Assembly (NCBI GenBank): GCA_963718895.1
Contig: CAVRAG010000007.1
Location: 512,001 to 576,000 of the forward strand
Direction of reading: 5' to 3'
Source: an uncultured Nitrososphaerota archaeon
GTDB lineage: Archaea > Thermoproteota > Nitrososphaeria > Nitrososphaerales > Gagatemarchaeaceae
Length of the DNA stretch: 64,000 nucleotides
Every line of letters begins with the position of its first letter. The stretch's first letter is position 1. Both the position numbers and the translations under genes were made by a program. Below, piece by piece: positions 58,477 through 64,000 of this stretch. Below the pieces are notes generated by a model that searched no databases, was not told the DNA's origin, and worked only from the letters and a program-made list of their open reading frames with translations.

Positions 58477-58536
58477 CTGGATCGACTGGACTTGGTCTCG
58501 ACGCCTCCGGAGGGACTTTAAGTCTTTGTCGGGCGA

Positions 58537-58968
58537 TCAGATGTCCAGCACGACGGTGGCCTTCCACCAGTCATCCTGATGCTTCACTCCGAACATGTAC
58601 ATCGTCACGGCCTTGACGTCGTTCCTTAGCCGATGGCGCTCTCTGTCGATGGTCTCTCCTCTCATCTTGCAGACCAGGCTGCGCCCGTTCTGCGAGAGAT
58701 GCAGCTCGAAGGTCTTGAAGAGGAGCGAGTCCACGTCCTTGAGGACGATCAGTTCGGTAAGAAAGTCATAGAGGAGCCCGTCGATGTCACCGGTCTCAAT
58801 CTTCACCTCTCTCTGAATCGCAGGTCGCAGACTCCTCCGGTCCACCATCACGTCGGTGAGGGCCCTGGCGCAGGACTCGAAGAGCTCCTCCCTAGAGTCA
58901 CCCCTAGCGGCGAAGGCGACGTCTGCGAGTGCGACGTTCGGGAGGAAGCGGTAGGAGGGTCTCTTCAA
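58537..58968 (-). CDS. Archease
   Basis: ADVAF, LYDFL.EL, DVKAVT, ATVVLDI; directly upstream of rtcB. Confidence 0.93.
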   Translation of the reverse strand: MKRPSYRFLPNVALADVAFAARGDSREELFESCARALTDVMVDRRSLRPAIQREVKIETGDIDGLLYDFLTELIVLKDVDSLLFKTFELHLSQNGRSLVCKMRGETIDRERHRLRNDVKAVTMYMFGVKHQDDWWKATVVLDI

Positions 58969-59029
58969 GAACGGAAGAGGGCGCGTCCACTCCCTTTAAA
59001 GATGCGGCGGGTGAGAAATTCTTTTGAGG

Positions 59030-59812
59030 ATGTTTACCTCGGAGACGAGCCCCTTGGTGTCGAGGCTCATCATTGACGGAGCCGAAGGAGCCCCCGCGAA
59101 CCTTGCGCTCGAGGAGGCGTTGCTGCGGGAGAACAGTGGGCTGGTGCTCCGGCTCTGGAACAACGAGAGGTCGGTCATAATCGGGAGGGCGCAGCTCGCG
59201 CGCTTCGAGACCGACGTCGACAGGTGCACGGCAGGTGGGATTCCCGTAGTTAGGAGGGTGACTGCGGGCGGGGCGATATACAACGGCCCCGGGAACATCA
59301 ACTGGTCACTCTTCGTGGGCAGGGAGTTCGGCGAAGGGAGCATCAGATACCTCTGGGGCGTCCGCGAGGTATTCAGGATGGCGGCCGACCTGGTCGTGAG
59401 GGCCGCTGGCTCCTGCGGGGTCAGAGTCTGGCTGGACGAGCCCAACAGGATCCTCTCAGCCGAGGGGAAGGTCAGCGGCATGGCAGCTTACCTCTCCAGG
59501 GGAGGGTTGCTCTGCCACGGCACGCTGCTCCTCGGGGCGGACCTTGACGAGGCTGATTCGCTGACCAGGCCGTCAGAGGCGCTGCTCGAAAGGAGATACA
59601 CGAGGTCCAAGGCGATGAAGGTGGCGAACACCGGGATCACGTCAGATGCATTTATCGCCTCGATGCAGAGTGTGGTTGAGGAGGAGATTAAGGGGGGGAT
59701 TGAGCCCGAGCAGCCCAGCGAATCGGAACGCCGGACGGCGGAGTCACTGCTACCGAAGTACAAGGACCCGGCCTGGAACCTCGGTGATCCGTTCGAGTGG
59801 AGATCAGGTTGA
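59030..59812 (+). CDS. lplA: Lipoate-protein ligase A catalytic domain
   Basis: NLALEEA, VIIGR.Q, RRVTAGGAIY, KVSG.A, HGTLL. Confidence 0.88.
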   Translation: MFTSETSPLVSRLIIDGAEGAPANLALEEALLRENSGLVLRLWNNERSVIIGRAQLARFETDVDRCTAGGIPVVRRVTAGGAIYNGPGNINWSLFVGREFGEGSIRYLWGVREVFRMAADLVVRAAGSCGVRVWLDEPNRILSAEGKVSGMAAYLSRGGLLCHGTLLLGADLDEADSLTRPSEALLERRYTRSKAMKVANTGITSDAFIASMQSVVEEEIKGGIEPEQPSESERRTAESLLPKYKDPAWNLGDPFEWRSG

Positions 59813-61029
59813 GTGAGCAGGACGTCACGCTGAAGGACGTCGAGGAGGCCGCGAAGGTCCTCGAAGGCGTGACGAGGAGGACCCCTCTGGACACATCGCG
59901 GACGCTGAGCGAACTGTCTGGGATGGACCTCTACCTGAAGATGGAGAACCTGCAGAGGACCGGGTCTTTCAAGCTCAGGGGGGCGTACAACAAGATCTAC
60001 TCGCTCTCGGACTCTGAGCGGAGGAAGGGCGTCGTCGCCTCATCGGCGGGAAACCACGCCCAGGGGGTGGCCCACGCCGCGACGCTCCTCGACACGAGGT
60101 CCACGATCGTCATGCCCGAGAGCGCGTCACCGGCGAAGATCGACGCGACCAAGGGATACGGGGCGAAGGTGGTTCTGTACGGGTCCTCCTTCGACGAGAC
60201 TCTCGAGATGGCCAGGCGGATATCCTCGAAGGAGGGGAGCACCTTCGTACACCCCTTCGACGACCCGAAGGTGATAGCGGGACAGGGTACCGTCGGACTG
60301 GAGATGCTGGACACCCAGCCGGATCTGGGCACGCTGATCGTCCCGGTCGGGGGCGGGGGCCTGGTGGCAGGCGTCTCGGTCGCCGCCAAGGCGGTCAACC
60401 CGAAGGTGAGGGTCGTCGGTGTCCAGTCTCAGGCGTTCCCAGGGATGTACATGGCGTTCAAGACGGCCCGCCTGGTCCCTTTCAGGGGACAGGAGACCAT
60501 CGCGGACGGGATAGCCGTGAAGCACCCGGGGAAGCTGGACTACAAGCTCATAAGACGGCTGGTCGACGATGTCGTCCTCGTCAGCGACAGCGAGATTGCA
60601 GAAGCCGAGTTTCTGATGCTCGAGAGGATGAAGACCGTCGCGGAGCCGGCGGGGGCGGTCGGGGTCGCGGCTTGTCTCGCGGGTCTGGTGAAGGCCAAGG
60701 GAGAGAGGTGCGGGGTGGTGGTCAGCGGTGGTAACATCGACATGTACATCCTCGACCAGATAGTCGCGAAGGGGCTCGAGAGGGCCCACAGGCTCCTCAA
60801 GGTCAGGATCACACTGTCTGACAAGCCTGGTGCGCTGAGCGACCTGCTGGCGGTCGTCGCCCAGGCGAGGGCGAACGTCGTCAGCGTCGTGCACGAGAGG
60901 GTGGGGCGCGACGTCCCCATAGGCAGGGCCGAGGTCACGCTTAACCTCGAGACCCAGAACATCGAGCACACCCGGTCCCTGGTCTCGGCGCTGGCGAAGG
61001 CGCGCCTGAAGTACAAGCTCATCAACTGA
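59809..61029 (+). CDS. ilvA: Threonine ammonia-lyase with ACT domain
   Basis: ENLQRTGSFKLRG, SAGNHAQG, HPFDD, VGGGGL, SGGNID, DKPGAL. Confidence 0.93.
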   Translation: MSEQDVTLKDVEEAAKVLEGVTRRTPLDTSRTLSELSGMDLYLKMENLQRTGSFKLRGAYNKIYSLSDSERRKGVVASSAGNHAQGVAHAATLLDTRSTIVMPESASPAKIDATKGYGAKVVLYGSSFDETLEMARRISSKEGSTFVHPFDDPKVIAGQGTVGLEMLDTQPDLGTLIVPVGGGGLVAGVSVAAKAVNPKVRVVGVQSQAFPGMYMAFKTARLVPFRGQETIADGIAVKHPGKLDYKLIRRLVDDVVLVSDSEIAEAEFLMLERMKTVAEPAGAVGVAACLAGLVKAKGERCGVVVSGGNIDMYILDQIVAKGLERAHRLLKVRITLSDKPGALSDLLAVVAQARANVVSVVHERVGRDVPIGRAEVTLNLETQNIEHTRSLVSALAKARLKYKLIN

Positions 61030-61030
61030 T

Positions 61031-62374
61031 TCAAGCTAGAGAGGTCGGCTCGGGGTCCTTCGAGTGGCGTTTAGTGTACCCGAAGCTCTTGAGAGACGCC
61101 TCCAGCACGAAGAAGGAGACCAACATCACAGCAGCCGCGGTCGTGAACGTGGTCGAGTATCCCTGATAGTACGAGATGTAGCCCGTGAAGAGGGAGCCCA
61201 CGACAGTGCCGAGGGCGCCTAGAGCGGCGTAGCCGCCCAGCACGTTGCCCTGCCTCGCCTGGCCGAGGTTCGACATGAGGGTGACCGACGTGGCCGAGTT
61301 CCAGAACGCGTATACAATCCCGATCATCCCGTAGAATATGGCGGCCACCAAGAAGAGCGGGGTCCCCCGGAACACGAGCGCCGAAGCCGCGAACACCATG
61401 TAGAGCGCGGCGCGGACGAGCACGGCGTAGGAGCCGAGCCTTACACCGCCGAACCTGTTGATGATGTCGCCTACCCACCTGTATATCCCGGTCTGGATCA
61501 CGATGTTGATCAGCGAGACTGCGAAGATCTCGTTGTCCACGACCCCAGATTCCGAAAGGAAGGGCGTGAACGAGGTGTTCAGCAGAGCGCTAGAGGTGGT
61601 GAAGAGGAACATCGAGAGGAAGAGAAGGGCCCGGCCGGTCATGGCTCCGGCTCGCGTGGCACGGATAGCCCGAAGGATGCCCTTTGTCGAGGGCGGGGAG
61701 AGGACGAGGTGCCCCAGGACGAAGGTCATGCTCTGGTAGACTCTGGAGAAATATCCTGACGGGTGGAAGGAGAGCTGGGTCGTCTCGAGGGGGATCGCCG
61801 GCTCTGGGATGCGGTAGTATGACAGCAGGATCCCGACCGCCGTCGCGCCGGCGCAGAAGAGCAGGAACGCCTCGAGCGGGAGCGCGCTCGTCCAGACGAA
61901 GCCTACTGCGAGGCCGATTATCGATCCGGCGCTCGCCACCAGGTTCACCCTCGAGAATGACGAGATCCATTTCTTCTTCTCCGAAGTCTCCATCACGAGG
62001 AGGTTCGTCGAAGCAGAGTTCGCGCTTATCACGAACCCCAGCGCAGCGTAGAGTACGGTCAGGGCCCTCAGGTCCGGGACCAGGAACATCAGGATGAAGA
62101 TGGCCGTGCACCCCGAGCAGGTCACTACGAAGAAGAATCGTCTCCTGGCCAGACGGTCGGTCATCCGTCCCCAGAAGATTGAGGATGGAATCAGCACGAA
62201 GTTGTAAAGTGTGGTCATCAGCGCGACATCGACGACGGTTCCGCCGAGGCTCAGGATGTAGAGGGGGACCATGGTGCTGAAGCCCTGGACGCCCGCGTTC
62301 AGCGGCAGGAGCGTCAGGGTCCAACCGCCTCTGCTCGGTCTATTCTCGGGGATCACGGGTTCGGGGCTGCTCAT
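61031..62374 (-). CDS. MFS transporter
   Basis: About 12 TM segments; WGRMTDRLARRR motif A. Confidence 0.88.
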   Translation of the reverse strand: MSSPEPVIPENRPSRGGWTLTLLPLNAGVQGFSTMVPLYILSLGGTVVDVALMTTLYNFVLIPSSIFWGRMTDRLARRRFFFVVTCSGCTAIFILMFLVPDLRALTVLYAALGFVISANSASTNLLVMETSEKKKWISSFSRVNLVASAGSIIGLAVGFVWTSALPLEAFLLFCAGATAVGILLSYYRIPEPAIPLETTQLSFHPSGYFSRVYQSMTFVLGHLVLSPPSTKGILRAIRATRAGAMTGRALLFLSMFLFTTSSALLNTSFTPFLSESGVVDNEIFAVSLINIVIQTGIYRWVGDIINRFGGVRLGSYAVLVRAALYMVFAASALVFRGTPLFLVAAIFYGMIGIVYAFWNSATSVTLMSNLGQARQGNVLGGYAALGALGTVVGSLFTGYISYYQGYSTTFTTAAAVMLVSFFVLEASLKSFGYTKRHSKDPEPTSLA

Positions 62375-62451
62375 CTGGGTGGGGCTCGGGGGGTGATTGT
62401 GGGCACGGCCGGGACGTCTATCTCCTTTTCTGTGTTCGATGAGGCCGCCGT

Positions 62452-63540
62452 CTATCCCAAAGAGCCGAACTCGTGAATCACGCCTTTCAGTACCTTGATG
62501 GAGCTGAGGTAGTCGGACGCTTCGACGTACTCCCCTTCCGTGTGCTCGAGCTTCGAGTCTCCCGGACCGTACGTGACGCAGGGAATCCCCATGAGCTGAG
62601 CTAGGGTGTTCATGTCCCCGGTGCCAGTCTTGTGGGTCAGCACGGGCCTGGCAGCAAGGTTCTTGATTATCGAACGCTGGAACGCCCTGACTATCAGCGA
62701 GTCCTTGGGCGCCTCGTACGCCTCCGTGGCTTCGTCGAAGCGGAGCTGAAATCGTGCGCCGGATCTGGTCAGGGCGTGGTCCTCGAGCAGCCTTGCGAGT
62801 TCCGCCTCGACGGCGGACGAGGTCGATCCGGGAGGTATCCTCACGTCGAGCGTGACGGTGCAGGACTTCGGGATGACGTTTGAGTACGAGCCTCCGCGGA
62901 TCATCGTTACCGAGACGTTCACAGAGCGGTAGTGGTCGTCCCCTGCTGCGCGCGCTTTCTCGTAGTCTCTCATCTTGAGGACAGCCCCCATCGCCTCGTC
63001 AACTGCGCTGACGTGGGCCCAGGAGGAGGACGCATGCCCTCCGCTGGTCCTGGCGGTCAGCACACCCTCCACCCTGCCACGGTAACCGACCGCGACGCGA
63101 TGCGCCCCTCCGGGCTCTCCGAAGACCGCAGCCTCATAGTCACCGCCGTCTTCTATGATCGTCTTGACGCCGAGGCTGTCCCCCTCCTCCCTGGTCACGC
63201 AGGCCATAGTCACGCGGATCGAGGGGTCCGCCGAGGCCGCGGCCGCAGTTATCATCGCACACATGGGGGCCTTGGCGTCCGCGGCGCCTCGGCCGTAGAT
63301 CCTGTCCCCATCCCTCCGGACCCTTATCACACCGGGGACGGTGTCCATGTGGCCACAGAGGAGCAGGTGCCTCTTCCCCGTCCCTCTCTCGCCTATGGCG
63401 TTCCCGGCCCTGTCGGTGCGGACGTTCTTGAATCCCAGGTCCCGCATCCTGGACTGAATCAGCCGCGACAGCCGGGACTCCTTGTTGGAGGGGGAGTAGA
63501 CCCGGAGCGCGTCTAGGAGGAGCCGGACCTCATCTTCCAC
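62452..63540 (-). CDS. lysK: [LysW]-lysine/ornithine hydrolase (M20 family)
   Basis: [39 protein letters not shown]; the true ATG may be 63548 with an indel. Confidence 0.92.
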   Translation of the reverse strand: MEDEVRLLLDALRVYSPSNKESRLSRLIQSRMRDLGFKNVRTDRAGNAIGERGTGKRHLLLCGHMDTVPGVIRVRRDGDRIYGRGAADAKAPMCAMITAAAASADPSIRVTMACVTREEGDSLGVKTIIEDGGDYEAAVFGEPGGAHRVAVGYRGRVEGVLTARTSGGHASSSWAHVSAVDEAMGAVLKMRDYEKARAAGDDHYRSVNVSVTMIRGGSYSNVIPKSCTVTLDVRIPPGSTSSAVEAELARLLEDHALTRSGARFQLRFDEATEAYEAPKDSLIVRAFQRSIIKNLAARPVLTHKTGTGDMNTLAQLMGIPCVTYGPGDSKLEHTEGEYVEASDYLSSIKVLKGVIHEFGSLG

Positions 63541-63544
63541 TGGC

Positions 63545-64000
63545 TCATCTCTTCTCCAGCGAGGCGAGGTACTCGACGATGAGCCCCGGGATGTCCACCC
63601 CGGTCGCGGGGACGGTGTTCTTGAACTCGGTCGTGTTGTTGACCTCGTGGACCACGAGGCCGTCGGGGGACTCCATGAGATCGACGCCGACTATCTCTCC
63701 ATCCACCGCCCTGCGCGGACCTGAGCGAGAGCTCGTTGAGCTCCGGAGTTATCGGGCAGGCCTCGGCCTTGCCACCTCTCGCTGTGTTCGTCCTCCAGTC
63801 GGATGCCGATGACCGGTAGATTGCGGCCACGGTCTGGTCTCCCACGACGAAGGACCTGATGTCCCTCGGGGGGCGCTTGACGAACTCCTGGAGATAGTAC
63901 ACCTGGTACATCGGGTACATGTACTCCCTGTCCTCCAAGATGGCCGTGGCAAAGTCGCTGTCTTTCAGGAGAGCGGAGAGCCGACCCCAGCTCCCGACCA
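63545..64000 (-). CDS. lysX: LysX/ArgX ATP-grasp ligase (RimK family), partial; frameshift near 63713
   Basis: [26 protein letters not shown]; the shifted frame gives [19 protein letters not shown] to TGA at 63545. Confidence 0.9.

Overview
High-GC archaeal chromosome segment, mostly core genes. Gene content and order (rps15-DHH/RecJ-pcc1-serS-rps3ae, kae1-bud32-rdgB, psmB-aCPSF1, egsA, LysW-pathway lysX/lysK, Dph5-DUF357 fusion, sepF, zinc-containing ferredoxin) suggest a TACK archaeon, most likely a non-ammonia-oxidising basal Nitrososphaerota; this assignment is inference. Signals not shown by the ORF track: (1) a tRNA-Lys(CTT) with three introns; (2) a box C/D sRNA whose D' guide is in register to methylate 23S G2251; (3) a TnpA-less TnpB element at the 3' end of that sRNA, flanked by a 12-bp direct repeat that equals the first 12 nt of the predicted TnpB guide, so the guide could target the element's own left flank and an adjacent promoter; (4) a half-size DOHH-like HEAT protein with two HE motifs; (5) a lipid beta-oxidation cluster with a racemase/CoA-transferase and SCP2; (6) a SET-domain plus methyltransferase gene pair. 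About ten single-base frameshifts, some in conserved genes, look like sequencing or assembly indels. All protein calls come from reading motifs by eye, with no database search.
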